A stretch of DNA of 63,836 nucleotides, the filler included, from Octopus bimaculoides (Eukaryota), in assembly GCF_001194135.2 (NCBI RefSeq). It is 5 parts of 5 records of this genome, joined end to end, with 100 filler letters (N's around TTAATTAATTAA, not from the genome) between each part and the next. Parts side by side here need not be neighbours in the genome. Positions count along the whole stretch, not along the records: positions 1 to 23,936 come from NC_069002.1; 4 more parts are not named here. One strand, 5' to 3'. This document shows positions 1 through 13,510 of this stretch, one piece after another; the stretch's first letter is position 1, and every line of letters begins with the position of its first letter. The position numbers and the translations under genes are program-made. The notes under the pieces are model-generated. The model saw only the letters and a list, made by a program, of their open reading frames with translations, was not told where the DNA came from and did not search any database.

Positions 1-53
<53 letters not shown>

Positions 54-94
54 CTATGTCCATATGCATGTATGTGTATATATATTTATATATA

Positions 95-273
95 GGTGCA
101 GGAGTGGCTCTGTGGTAAATAGCTCGCTTCCCAACTACATAGTTCCGGGTTCAGTCCCACTGTGTTGCACCTTGGGCAAGTGTCATCTACTATAGCTCAG
201 GCCAACCAAATCATTGTAAATTTGGTAGACAGAAACTGAAAGAAGCCTGTCATATATATATATATATATATAT

Positions 274-311
<38 letters not shown>

Positions 312-550
312 GTGTGTGTGTGTGTGTGTGTGTGTCTGTGTGTCTGTGTTTGTACCCTCCACCATCGCTTGACAACTGATGCTGGTGTGTTTACATCCCC
401 CATAACTTAGCGGTTCAGCAAAAGTGACCGATAGGATTAAGTACTAGGCTTATAAAAAATAAGTCCTGGGGTCGATTTGTTCGACTAAAGACGGTGCTCC
501 AGCATGACTGCAGTCAAATGACTGAAACAAATAAAATAAAAGAATAAAGA
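95..550 (+). mobile_element. tRNA-derived SINE family A, full-length with internal microsatellite
   Basis: A-box-like GTGGCTCTGTGGTA, B-box-like GGTTCAGTCCC, CCTTGGGCAAG domain, internal (TA)/(GATA)/(GT) run, 3' domain ending in an A-rich AAAAGAAT tail. A reverse copy lies at ~29200-29662. Confidence 0.8.
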
Positions 551-3102
551 CTATATATATATACACACACATACACTTTCTCTCCTCTACTGGTTTCTGC
601 CAAACATTGAGACCATGCTGGAGCACCACCTCTCAGTGGGTTTCGGTTTCCTTTCTATACTGTTTTTCGTGAAGGAGCTAATAGAACAGAGCCGCAATTT
701 GCTGTACCCCCTGCCACAGTGTGGATTCATCTGTTAGTTCAGATAAAAATTTGGCCAAGCACTCCCCGAAGGCCTTCACATCTACACATTACAAATCTCT
801 GAGGTTGTTTGATGGAACGTTGAATAATTTTGGATCTCTGGAACCCAAGTTGTTACAGAACTGGGTCCTTATTCAAGATGGCAAAGACAAGATCTTGAAT
901 ATATATATATATCCTTCTCCAATTGCTAAATGTCCCTTAAATTTGAAATCTTAAATGTTGATATGACATGGTATGTCATAAGTGTCTGTATATTGTGTTT
1001 CTTTTGTCAATTTAGTTATAAAATAAACAGATTAATCAACGGAATACAGTGTCTGCAAGTTGATGAGTACCTCATATTCCCCTCCATTTTCTTATTGCTA
1101 TATAAACTTAGTGTAAAATAACCCCCTTTTACCCGCACCCACTTATTGCACTTGGTATAACACTAGTGTAACAATAATTGGGTACCCTCCCAGCAGTATA
1201 TTGGATAGATACTATCCCTTAGTGGCTTGAATCCTCAACCCCTAACTCTCTCGAATTATATATATATATGTATTGCCAAACTAACATGGCAGTCCAGAGA
1301 AATAAGACGAATGCTGCTGTTGATTAGCTCAGAGAGGCTATTGCCTCTAGCTAGCTATATGATGCACGAACCTGTGTCCATAAGCCTATGCTGCTGTGTC
1401 TCTCCTTCAGAGAGATTTAGAAATTATAACATTTCTATTTATATACATGCATATATATATACACAAACAAGTGCACGTGAGTACTCACACACACACACAC
1501 ACACACATGCACACATATGTATATATCCACACCCACACAGATATACAGCCCACTTTCCATTCTAGTTTGAACCCATTATCATTCAATGGTGCTACTCCTA
1601 TCTCTCAAGAAAACATGAATGATTTACAATAGTAGTAGTAGTAGCACTACTCAGCTGAACTAGTCTTGTGACTAGTTTTGCTGGTTACATTCTGACTTCA
1701 ATAGTACTGGTGCCCTGTCAAAAACAGAAAACCACTCAATACACTCTGTAGAGTAGTTAGAGTTAAGCAGGACATCCAGCCGTAGAAACCACGGCAAAGC
1801 ACACACTGGAGCCTGACACATTTCTCCAACCTAATTGGGTGCTGTCGAACCATCTGACCCATGCCAGCATGGAAGACAGATGTTTGATCATGATCATGAT
1901 CATGTTGATGATGATGATGTATTTCCTGAGTGATGATTACAAAAAATTTTTTTTTTTTTTAAATTAGATAGTTTTTATGCAACCATAAAGAACAGGAAGA
2001 AAGATAAAAAAAAACATGTAACGTTATATATCAAGTCAAACCTTGCAACTGGCGCCAACAGTCCTGAAGTATTTCTGTCACCTGGCACTACAGTCTAATT
2101 AATGGGGATATATTATTAATGAAATAAGATAACAAACAAATAAATGTAACAACAACTGTCCCAGAATTGATTCTGTGTCAGGAGTAGTTTTGAGATTTAC
2201 TGCTGCTACGTTGGAGATTGGTACTTTGTTGAATTATCATCAATCACATTTAAATAAGAATTTAGGTTCTCAATTGTACTTTTGGAAATCAGTTACCCTC
2301 TCATGACTATATTCCTATGCCTGCATGGAGTCGAGAAATGGGAACTTCCCAGCTGGAGAGACATGTACCCAAGGGAATGAATGAATGAACACAAGCACTA
2401 TAATAAAAAGTTTTTCAAACTTTGGCACAGGGCCAGCAGTTTTTGAGGGGAGGGGGAAGTCCATTACATCAACTCCCAGTACTAGACTGGTACTTGTTTT
2501 ATCAACTCCAAAAGGATGAAAGGCAGAGTCAACCTTGGTAGAGTTTCAGCTGCTTTACGTCCTTTTTTTGAAGTTGAATAGCAAAATTGCTCAAATATTG
2601 TGCTTTGACAGTTCCATTTCAGATTATTGTAACAACAGTGAAAAAAAATATCAATGTTAATTTATTGATGCATTTGGGCAAGACTATGTCTGTATTTTCA
2701 GTCAATTGCAAAACAAAATGTTTATAAAAATTCTAAACTCTGCAAAAATCCAGTACAAATTCTACATGGTTCAAAACGCTGCTTACTTTTTACTCAACCT
2801 GACAGTTGAAATATTCAGATGGAACTGGTGGAGTTGATGTCAGAGACGTCATCATCGTTATTATAATCACCATTTTAAATGTCCACTTTTCCCTGTTTGC
2901 ATGGGCCAAATGGAATTTGAGGAGGCAGGTTTCTTACGGCCAGATGCACTTCCTGTCACCAACCCTCCCTTCTTTCCAAACAAAGTAACTTTTCCCACGA
3001 TCAGACTTGCTTACATGGCAGACTGGAAATAAACCACATTGCTTGTATGATAGGGGGGGGCACTCATTAACAGCTACCGTATCATAAGATAAAGAGATAC
3101 AA

Positions 3103-3138
<36 letters not shown>

Positions 3139-3812
3139 GGATATGGTAGACGAAAACTGAAAGAAGCCAATTGTATATATGTATATATANNNNNNNNNNN
3201 NNNNNNNNNNNNNNNNNNNNNNNNNNNNNNNNNNNNNNNNNNNNNNNNNNNNNNNNNNNNNNNNNNNNNNNNNNNNNNNNNNNNNNNNNNNNNNNNNNNN
3301 NNNNNNNNNNNNNNNNNNNNNNNNNNNNNNNNNNNNNNNNNNNNNNNNNNNNNNNNNNNNNNNNNNNNNNNNNNNNNNNNNNNNNNNNNNNNNNNNNNNN
3401 NNNNNNNNNNNNNNNNNNNNNNNNNNNNNNNNNNNNNNNNNNNNNNNNNNNNNNNNNNNNNNNNNNNNNNNNNNNNNNNNNNNNNNNNNNNNNNNNNNNN
3501 NNNNNNNNNNNNNNNNNNNNNNNNNNNNNNNNNNNNNNNNNNNNNNNNNNNNNNNNNNNNNNNNNNNNNNNNNNNNNNNNNNNNNNNNNNNNNNNNNNNN
3601 NNNNNNNNNNNNNNNNNNNNNNNNNNNNNNNNNNNNNNNNNNNNNNNNNNNNNNNNNNNNNNNNNNNNNNNNNNNNNNNNNNNNNNNNNNNNNNNNNNNN
3701 NNNNNNNNNNNNNNNNNNNNNNNNNNNNNNNNNNNNNNNNNNNNNNNNNNNNNNNNNNNNNNNNNNNNNNNNNNNNNNNNNNNNNNNNNNNNNNNNNNNN
3801 NNNNNNNNNNAA

Positions 3813-3979
3813 TAGTTGATTACATTGACTCCCGTGTTTCACTGGTACTGAATTTATCAACCCCGAAAAGATGAAAGGCAAAGTCAACCTTGGCAGAATT
3901 TGAACTCAGAACGTAAAGACAGATGAAATACCGCTAAGCATTTCGCCCAGCGTGCTAACATTTCTGCCAGCTCACCACC

Positions 3980-3980
<1 letters not shown>
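3813..3980 (-). mobile_element. tRNA-derived SINE family B (TTTCATCCTTTCGGGGTCGATAAA central domain, Meta-like)
   Basis: Head plus central domain. Further copies at ~2412-2550, 4032-4170, 4835-4990, 5060-5160 (-); 5685-5820, 23585-23690, 35030-35110 (+); 21470-21635, 54600-54802 (-). The Meta-domain assignment is from memory only. Confidence 0.8.
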
Positions 3981-4032
<52 letters not shown>

Positions 4033-5837
4033 TCTTTCGAATTTTGGCACGAGGCCAGCCATTTTGAGGGGAGGGGAAGTCGATTACTCCCATGTTCAAC
4101 TGCTATTTCATTAACCCTGAAAGGATGAAAAACAAACAAAGTTGACTTAGGTGGAATTTGAATTTGTAAAGGCAGGAAATTTAGCCTCCTCACCACTTTT
4201 CTCCCACACACAACCGAAGCTCTATTTTAATGTATATTTTATAAGGGTCAGAGGTCACATCATTCAGAGAGAGAGAGAGAGAGAGAGAGAAGAACATTTC
4301 CACAAAACAGTTACAACACAGTTGCTAACTGGTTGCAAATAGCAGCTAAATGTCCCTCATAATCATACCCTACCATTTCAAATCAGGAGGAGATATATCA
4401 GAGAGTGCAACCCTAGATATCCTGCTTGAAATACCAAAGGTGTGGTCATATCTGGAGAGGAACGCCTATGACTGTAAGTCTGCTCAATCACAGAAAACAT
4501 GGTGCTAGGTAACAACAACTTTGAATGAGGAGCTTTTGTTTTTTTATATCATTTAATGTCTGGGGTGGAGGGGACAGGGAACAGAACCCATTATCCACTA
4601 CAGGGCCTCTGAGAAAGGAAGGTATTCTCAACATATGGCCCTCAAACACCCTTCCAGCAGCCCTTGACAGTTTTCCCTCTATATATAAAATAGTAATTTT
4701 TTCTTTGATTAACAGGAGTCTCACTTTTTTGGTGCAACCCCATAAAAAAATTCAGGTTCTGGATCAACCCCGAATATTAAAAACTGAGAATTATCGGAAT
4801 GGACTCTTCTAAAGGCACCATTGACACCAAAATATTGGTTTCTAAAATAGGCAAAAGGCCAAGAATTTGACAGGCAAAAGAAAGTCGATTATGTGACAGT
4901 CCAGTACTTGACTGGTACTTTATTTTATCGATCATAAAAGGACAAAGGGACAAAGTTCACCTCGGCAAGATTTGAAATCTGAATGTTAAAAAGTCAGGCT
5001 GAATGCCAAGAGGCACCTTATTCCAACATTCTTAACTTAGTAGTAACGAAATATTTATTCCTGTCATTTGGTACAAGACCAAAACTATGGGGGGGTCGAG
5101 AGGGCAGGTGACAGATTAGTCGATCATAACCCAAGTACGTAACTGGTACTTATTTAATCCCAATAAAAAAATTGCCATCACAACAAAAATATTCTCATGT
5201 CAGAAGTTATCATTATAATTAGTTCTTAACAACAAAAACAAAATCTGACTGGCTTCACTATCATCTTAATAACTATTAATATCATCATCATTATTATTAT
5301 TATTATTATTATCATCACTGACAACAGACACCAACTGTTTACTATCATCATTTATTATCATTTCTGTCAGTACTATATTTCATACATTGTAATCATCTCT
5401 GACACTTCACAATAAGCTTCATCTCCTTCATCATCATTATCATCATCATCATCACAATAATTGTCATCATTGACCACAAACCAATGTGTTTAGTGTATTG
5501 AAGCAGCCAGATACGACAAGGCTACAAGAGTATTTTATGGGGATGGGACAGGATGGCTACAGCAAGCAAGTGGTGAGAGCAGCAGCAGAATGGCAATGGG
5601 AAGAGCTACAATAAATTAATGGGGACAGCAACTGAAAATTAATGGGGACAGCAACTGAAAGTTAATGGAGATAGTAAGAGAATGTTCTGAGTTCACATTC
5701 TAGTGAGGTCAACTTTGTCTTTCATCCTTTCGGGGTTGATAAAACAAGTACCAGTTGAGTACTGGGGTCAATGTAATCAACTAGCTCCCTCCTCCAAAAT
5801 TCCAGGCCTTGCCTTGCACTTATAGTTAATGGGGACA

Positions 5838-6012
5838 GCGTAAAAGCACTCACTACACTCTCAGAGTGGTTAGCGTTAGGAAGGGCATCCAGCTGTAGAA
5901 ACTCTGCCAAATTAGATTGGAGCCTGATGTAGCCATCCGGTTTCAACAGTCCTCAGTCAAATCGTCCAACCCATGCTAGCATGGAAAGCGGACATTAAAC
6001 GATGATGATGAT
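5838..6012 (+). mobile_element. (GAT)n-tailed retroposon 3' end, family D
   Basis: GTTAGGAAGGGCATCCAGCTGTAGAAAC...CCCATGCTAGCATGGAAAGCGGACATTAAAC(GAT)n. Copies at ~1715-1920, 8690-8880, 10080-10385 (+) and ~2865-3060, 7395-7560, 11395-11600, 16100-16330, 19888-20110 (-). Confidence 0.75.
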
Positions 6013-6031
6013 ATATAGACACACACAGACA

Positions 6032-6338
6032 CAGTAGAGCCTTGGTTTATGAACAGTTCTTATCACAAACAAATCAGTTTATAAACAATTTTCGAACATG
6101 AAATGTCTCAGGTGACGAATAGTGTCTCAAGTAAGGAACACACAAGCCAGCAACAAAACTGGAGTATCAGTGGGACAACATCAGCTGCTGTCTAGCTTTC
6201 ACTGAGTGCACATCCTGGCTCGAATTCACTGTACTTTTTCTTGAAAATCTTGTGGGAAAAATAGCTTTGATTTACAAAAAATTCAGGCAATGAATGGCTT
6301 TCAGGAATAAATTAAATTTGAAAACTGAGGTTCCACTG
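6032..6338. mobile_element. Tigger/pogo-like MITE
   Basis: TIRs CAGTAGAGCCTTGGTTT / AAAACTGAGGTTCCACTG, followed by TA. Confidence 0.7.
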
Positions 6339-6391
6339 TATACATAGACATACATAAGTACCTTATCTGAAGGCATAAAAAAACATATTAA

Positions 6392-6595
6392 CCCTTTAGT
6401 GTTCAGATTACTCTGTTAAATGTAATACTTTTTCACTCAAATTGTTTTGAATTAATCGTGCATTATCTTATAGCTTTGAGGTTTCAATGANNNNNNNNNN
6501 TGTAGGTTAGGCATGGGAGGCTAGATATTGCCAGTTCAAATATAAAACATGTAGAATATATTGGGGCGGATATGGCCGGTTTAAACACTAAAGGG
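6392..6595. mobile_element. piggyBac-like MITE
   Basis: TTAA-CCCTTTAGTGTT ... AACACTAAAGGG-TTAA: perfect 12-bp TIR and TTAA target duplication. Confidence 0.85.
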
Positions 6596-9214
6596 TTAAA
6601 CACAGCATAATTTTAGAAGTGCTTATTTGAGAAAAAGGGATTTTAGTGCATGTAATATAGGCCAAACTTTGCATATAGAACTTAGGGTGGGTTTTGGAAA
6701 CATTTTTGGTGAGGAAAAATGTGCATCTTTATATGTCATCAGATACCATAGTTTAGTTGATTGAAACAACTGGAATAATCATCATGGAAACTGGTGGAGA
6801 TCCTTTTACAATAATAATAAGAAGAAAAAAAACAGTTACTTCACTTGTTCAATTAAAGTAGAAAAGACAAAAAAATACTCCATAACTCTTAAGATGATAA
6901 GTGAACAAATCTGATAATAAGAGAAGCACTAATTAGTTAAAAAAAAAACCCCAAAAACTCTTACCCGACCTTTGACTTCTGTTATACATAATCTATAAAA
7001 GTACATATAGAGAAGTGTGTAACAAATATCAGTGTTGCCTTAAAGGGTTACCAGGTCAGGAATCAAATGTCCCAAACAAAAGTAAAATATTAAATTAGGA
7101 AACTATTAGATCAGCTTCACAACGTACTTTGGTTGTTTGTTATTGCCTTCCTATCACGGACATTATTAAATAAATAGACAGACATTATACGCAAAATGAC
7201 AAGAGAATGGTATTTTGAGAGACTAAATATGTTTATCGAAGATTTGGGAAGCAAAGTTGATAAAAGCTGTAATCTTACATAATTACATCTTGTGAAACAC
7301 TGCTTTATGTCATCGATTCCTTGTTACATTTGTGTTTTATTGGTTTTCTGTTTTTACCATGATCAATAGACCATACACATAGCATCACCATTGTCATCAT
7401 TATCATCATTTAACATCTGCTTTCCATACTGTCATGGGTTGGACAGCTTGACAGAAGATGATGGACCAAAGAACTGCACCTAGTTTTGATGTCTGCTTTG
7501 GCATGGTTTCCTAATGCCAGCCACTAGTGCTGGTGCCACTGACCACAGTGGCACCAGCACTAGTGACCAAGCATCTTTCAAAACAAGACCCTAAAACTAG
7601 TGGGGGAAAAGGGAGTAATGTGGCGATATGCAAAGTGATGAGAGGTTAAAGTATGAGAAAGGAACAACCAGCTTACAGAGTGTACTGGGTGCTTTTTACC
7701 TGGCACTAACATCAGTGAAGTTACCAAGTAACTTGCAAGAAAAGACCCTTCAACTGGGGTGGGAGCAGTATCAAGGGAGAAAGGCTTTATGCAAGTTGAG
7801 GAGAGGTTCAGAAACACATTTAGCTATTTTACATTGGTTTCTCCATGCTAGCATGGGTCTCCATTTACCAAACCTACTCACAACACTTTGGTTGGCTGAG
7901 GGCATTAGCAGAAGGACACTTGACCAATGTGCTACACAGTGCGACTGAACCTGAAACTAAAGTGACATCTTACGAAAGCATCTTGTACACACATTTATAT
8001 GTGGCCAAGTTATTGGCTGGTAACGATGTGGAAAGACAAAATCAAGATCTATGAAGTGATTTTGGCCACCACTCAATTATTCAATGGAGTGGTCTAATTA
8101 GATGTTTTGTCTTCTAAGCAGGTACATCTATGAATTTAATTGTTATTTGGGGGACTAATTATAACTTTAATTTGATAAGACACAAGGAAAAACACTGGGA
8201 AACAAAGATATCAATGAATTTATATGTGATCAAGTTACTGGCTGGTATTGATGTGGAAAGACCAATCAAGAACAAGCACAGTTTTCCTCCGTATCAATCA
8301 TTAAATAGCCAACAACATAGACCAAAGGAGGACTGAGAAGGGACAGAGGTCACAGAAAGTTTCTGCGGGAGAGAGAGAGAGGGCAACAGAATGGGAAGTT
8401 ATTTAATATCAATTTGCAGCTGTCAGATTGTGGATTTCGTGAATATGTCACCTTGTTGTGTGAGGACAATATTGAAAGACTTTGAGTGTGAATTAAGAAG
8501 AGTTTTTCCAAAAGAAGTTGATGATTTCAAAAGCTAATAACACTAAAAGGTTTGACTGAGATAAAGAGTTCAGAAACAAACAGCAAAAAATAAAAACCAC
8601 AATTAAATGGTCCAATAAAAGTAAATTCCACCATTTTTCCATTTCAGGTGCCACATAAAAAAAAAAAAAAAAACACTACTGCTGGTGCTACATAAAAAGC
8701 ATGCAGAACACTTTGGAAAGTGACTGGCATGTTGGGATAGGCATCTAGCAGTAGACACCATGCAAAAACAAACAATACAGCCTAGTGTGGCCCTGCCAGT
8801 CTTACCAGCCCCTATCAAACTGTCCTACCCATGCCAGCATGGAAAACAGATATACTAAATGATGACAATGAAGATGATAGACGCATGTGTGGCACAACGA
8901 AATTGAAACACAAAACCCACATCGTTTACAAGGAATAATTAAACACCAAAGAATTAGAGTTATGGTAAGAGGGGGAAGAGAGTTTGGGTGACAGTTATTT
9001 TTGGTGAAAATCATTTAACTCTATTCATACCAACATGCCAGAAACTGATCCTGGTTCTATGATACAAATCTCCTGCTTTAAAGAAATCTAAATTAAATTT
9101 GCCATCAAAGTTTCACGTTAATTTATGTTCCAAACAATATTTTAATGGTAACAAAGTTATTTAGCTAAATTTTCAAAATTAATTGAAACAAAGATAGCAT
9201 ATTTTAAAAGTGAT

Positions 9215-9530
9215 GGGAAGGTGCATGGCTCAGTTGTTAGAGCATCAGGCTCACAATCATGAGGTAGTGAGTTCAATTCCCAGACCAGGCTATGTGTTGT
9301 GTTCTTGAGCAAGACACTCTATTTCATGTTGCTCCAGTTCACTCATCTGTAGAAATGAGTTGCGACGTCACTGGTGCCAAGTTGTATTGGTCTCTACTTT
9401 TCCCTTGGACAATGTCGATGGTGTTGGCGACTGCTGGGCTTCCACAGACAACCTTGCCCAGACTTGTGCCTCGGAGGGTAACTTTCTAGGTGCAATCCCA
9501 TGGTCATCCATGACCAAAGGAGGTCTTTAA
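9215..9530 (+). mobile_element. tRNA-derived SINE family C (TGTGTTCTTGAGCAAGACACT core)
   Basis: A box TGGCTCAGTTGTTA, B box GAGTTCAATTCCC, CORE/V-like central domain. Related heads at ~12470-12700 and 23762-23892 (+), and ~17880-18103 and 47860-48030 (-). Confidence 0.8.
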
Positions 9531-11684
9531 TTTACTTACTTACTTACCATGGTAGCAATAAAGTTACCTGACCCAATGCACTGACAAATATTTGTAAAGG
9601 GTCTACTACTCATTTTTTCCAATGTAGGAAATGATAAGATCAGTCTTTTTCAAGATAGCAAGCAAGGTATCACAAGCTCAGAAGAGAACTCACAGAACTG
9701 AATCTCAGATACAAGTTACTCTCTAGCATTCATCTCCAAAACTCTTTAATGTATCTCCCCCACCCTCTCTCTCTCCAGGTCTCTATATTATGCTGCCACT
9801 GTCTCTAACGAGGCAATACATGGAACTCACTACAATTACTCTTTCTGTACTGCCTGTCATCACTCCCTCTTCCCCGAGCTATTTGCTATTGACCCCGCTG
9901 TCTTCTATTCACCCTTTCAGTCATTAAACTTCAACCACTTCAGCAATTAGTGTTTAGTCTTATGCAATACATGACAGCCTCTGTACTGTTGGTGCCATGA
10001 TAAAATGCACTCGGTACACACTGTAAATTAGTCGGTGACAATAAGGGCCACTTGCAATAGAAACCAAGTCCCAGAAGTCACATTATAAAGTGTATTGGGT
10101 GCTTTTTATGTGGGACCAGCAGACACCTCAGCTGAGTGGTGGGGAAATAGTATCAAGGGAGGCGGCTTTGTGCCAGTTGATGAGGGGTTAGAGTATGACA
10201 GAGGGAGAGAAATAGGTGTCTTGCTGTAAAGGAAATGCATGGCTACAGCAGAGACAGTGTGTGAGCAAGATATGATCCCCTGGCTCATTGAGGAGGATGG
10301 TAACTCCAAATAAAAACTGAGTCAAGCTATGACAACACATCCAATCCATGCCAGCATGAGAAACTGATACATGATGATGAGGATGCATATGTGTGCGTGT
10401 ACACACACACACACACACACTCATAGATGCATACACACACACATGCACATATCTATCTATCTATATATATATAAATATATATTTATATAAATAAGGATAA
10501 GATCGATATTTAAAATATTGATCTTATCAAGTGGTCAGCATGGGAATAAAAACCATCAAAGGTAATAATTATTTAAAATTATAATACAGGGTATCACGAG
10601 ATACCACCACGCTGAAAAAATAGCAGTCAAATCCTNNNNNNNNNNNNNNNNNNNNNNNNNNNNNNNNNNNNNNNNNNNNNNNNNNNNNNNNNNNNNNNNN
10701 NNNNNNNNNNNNNNNNNNNNNNNNNNNNNNNNNNNNNNNNNNNNNNNNNNNNNNNNNNNNNNNNNNNNNNNNNNNNNNNNNNNNNNNNNNNNNNNNNNNN
10801 NNNNNNNNNNNNNNNNNNNNNNNNNNNNNNNNNNNNNNNNNNNNNNNNNNNNNNNNNNNNNNNNNNNNNNNNNNNNNNNNNNNNNNNNNNNNNNNNNNNN
10901 NNNNNNNNNNNNNNNNNNNNNNNNNNNNNNNNNNNNNNNNNNNNNNNNNNNNNNNNNNNNNNNNNNNNNNNNNNNNNNNNNNNNNNNNNNNNNNNNNNNN
11001 NNNNNNNNNNNNNNNNNNNNNNNNNNNNNNNNNNNNNNNNNNNNNNNNNNNNNNNNNNNNNNNNNNNNNNNNNNATATATAAATATATATTTATATAAAT
11101 AAGGATAAGATCGATATTTAAAATATTGATCTTATCAAGTGGTCAGCATGGGAATAAAAACCATCAAAGGTAATAATTATTTAAAATTATAATACTCGTG
11201 CCATGCGGACATTTATTGTGGTTTTAGAGTCAGGATTTGACTGCTATTTTTTCAGCGTGGTGGTATCTCTTGATACCCTGTATTATAATTTATATAAATA
11301 TATATATAGACAGACAGACATACATGCATGCATGCATACATACACACACACATACACACACACATACATACACACATACTTACATACATACATCATTATT
11401 TGATATCTGTTTTCCAAGCTGGCATGGCCCGAGCAGGAGCTGGTGGAGAACCAGAGGACAGCTCCAAGCTCTGATTGTCTGCTTTGGAATGGTTTCTAAA
11501 GCAGGATGCCCTTCCTAATGCCAACCACCTTGCAAAGTGTACTGGGTGATTTTTATGCAGTACCAACAAGGTCATCAAATAACTTGCAAGACAAAGACCT
11601 CTCAAATGAGTGGTGGGAGGAGACAGAGAGAGAAAGAGAGAGAAAGAGAGAGAGTGAGATGGAGGCGAAAATGTGACAGGGCAT

Positions 11685-11975
11685 ACCCTCAAGAGAAACT
11701 ACTGAAGCAAGGAGATGGAAATGGCTGGGTCGAGTTTGTCACTCTAAACCATACTCAAATGTAAGGATCGCTTTTGCAATGGGTTTCACAAGGTAAAAGA
11801 AGACATGGCTGACCAAAGGAAATGTGGCGGAGAACAATAACAAAAGATCTTAAAAGCAGAAGGTTAACAATGGAAGAAGCTGTCAGGGAAGAATTCAGTG
11901 TTAGAAGGTGGAACAACCTTGCTGTTGCCTCAAGTGTTACAAGGCACAATGAGAACGGAATGAATGAATACCCTC
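11685..11975 (+). mobile_element. RTE-clade LINE C-terminal remnant
   Basis: Degenerate translation RRWKWLGR...VRIAL-QWVSQGKRRHG*PKEMWRRTITKDLK (small frameshift) resembles the RTE motif RWxWxGH...GKRxRGRPKxTWRR. Confidence 0.7.
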
Positions 11976-12098
11976 AAGACACAATGAAGTGAATATAAGT
12001 GGAAGAGAAATGGATCCATTTTCTATTACACAGACCTGAAATGTGTATATTAAATAATTTCAATATATCACTATTTCATTGGACATCATTATGACAAC

Positions 12099-12152
<54 letters not shown>

Positions 12153-12347
12153 CAATTATAACATGCGTTTTCTCCATTCCTTAAATTCTTAAATATACTC
12201 AAATACCCAAAATTTCAAGGAGTTCCTGCCTTAAAAACAGGAACTAAACCACAGTTATTTTGTGTTCTTTGCTACATTGGTTTCTATTAATCCATTTATT
12301 CTATCAGAAGAATTTTTATTCATTAAGATAGAAGAAATACACATAAT

Positions 12348-12399
<52 letters not shown>

Positions 12400-12902
12400 C
12401 ACACATACATACACACACACACATATATACACACAAATATATATATATTATGCAAAGGCACATGGGATTGTGGTTTCAATTCCCAGATAAAGTGACACAT
12501 TGTGTTCTTGAGTGAGACACTTCATTTCACACTGCTGCAGTCCACTCAGCTGCAAGTGGGTCACCCTGCAACAGACTAGCCTTCCCAAGCAAGTGGGGTG
12601 GCATCATTCAAATGCTAAAACAATGCAAAGCGCATTGTGACCAGTGATGTATAACAACATCCAATAGTTTGGTTGATCACAATCACATGATGGTTAACTC
12701 AAGGAAGTTATATCCTCATTAGGAATTATATAACCCAAAGTATTCCACTGGTCAATCCTTATCATATTATGTGAAAGTCACTGGTATATGCTAGGGGTTA
12801 TTGAAATTATATACTATCGATATTCAAGGAAAAAGAAAATGGAGAAAAAATGGATGCATGAATAATTTATTCGTATGTTATAAAATGAAAATTTCTTTTA
12901 TA

Positions 12903-13255
12903 AAACCTCTGCCAAGGCAACACCAACGTCCTCTCAATGACTAGCCAGAGATGATTTTTAAAATGAGAATATCTGAAATAAACTTGACTGCTCTCACAAA
13001 CGGGAATACTAAAAATCAACCCGACCGCTCTCAAAAATTAAGTAAAAGAACATGAAAAATAATCCAGAACCCTTGTCCGGTACCAGATCGATCCCAAAAT
13101 TTAATCAGCTTATGCCAGTCACGAGGCCAAACATCCCTGAAAGTTTCATCCAAATCCATTCAGCAGTTCTAGAGATATCTTGTCCACAGACAAACAAACA
13201 AACAAACACAACTGAAAACAATACCTCCTCCTTTGCTAAGGCAGAGGAAATTACA
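12903..13255 (+). mobile_element. Helentron-associated (HINE/DINE-1-like) non-autonomous element
   Basis: 5' CCTCTGCCAAGG versus 3' GGCAGAGG subterminal inverted repeat, TTTCATCCAAATCCATTCAGCAGTT core, (CAAA)n run and 3' stem-loop. Family assignment is from memory. Confidence 0.55.
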
Positions 13256-13371
13256 ATAAAATAAAGGAACCTACATACATGTTTCAGCCCTATCACTTAG
13301 TTGACTAGAAGTTCTAAGCATTTAGTTAAATGCTAAGAAAGGTATCATATTCTAACTATATGGGGGTAGGA

Positions 13372-13510
13372 CTTTTTCAGGGTCTACGAAATCCAGGTTA
13401 GCCTGAGGCTATAGTAGAAGACATTTGCCCAAGATTCCATGCAGTGGGACTGAACCTGGGACCATGTGGTTGGGAAGCAAACTTCATACCACACAGCCAT
13501 GTTTGTGCCT
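13372..13510 (-). mobile_element. SINE family A, head
   Basis: Reverse complement of the 95-250 head. Confidence 0.75.

Noticed and set aside
2160-2360. Protein-like minus-strand stretches (STIENLNSYLNVIDDNSTKY; KVPISNVAAVNLKTTPDTES)
   Set aside because: They are in different frames with intervening stops and have no consistent splice sites.
5612-5675. 23-bp unit AATTAATGGGGACAGCAACTGAA repeated (and the 15-bp units at 16365) as CRISPR-like arrays
   Set aside because: Head-to-tail tandem repeats without unique spacers or cas genes, in a eukaryotic context.
7990-8275. ~55-bp imperfect direct repeat (…AAGTTA.TGGCTGGTA..GATGTGGAAAGAC…) about 225 bp apart
   Set aside because: Ordinary old local duplication with no further structure.
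9215-9290. tRNA gene candidates (also 23762, 24210, 38900)
   Set aside because: A/B boxes are present but the stems are degenerate and they continue into repeat bodies; these are SINE heads or pseudogenes.
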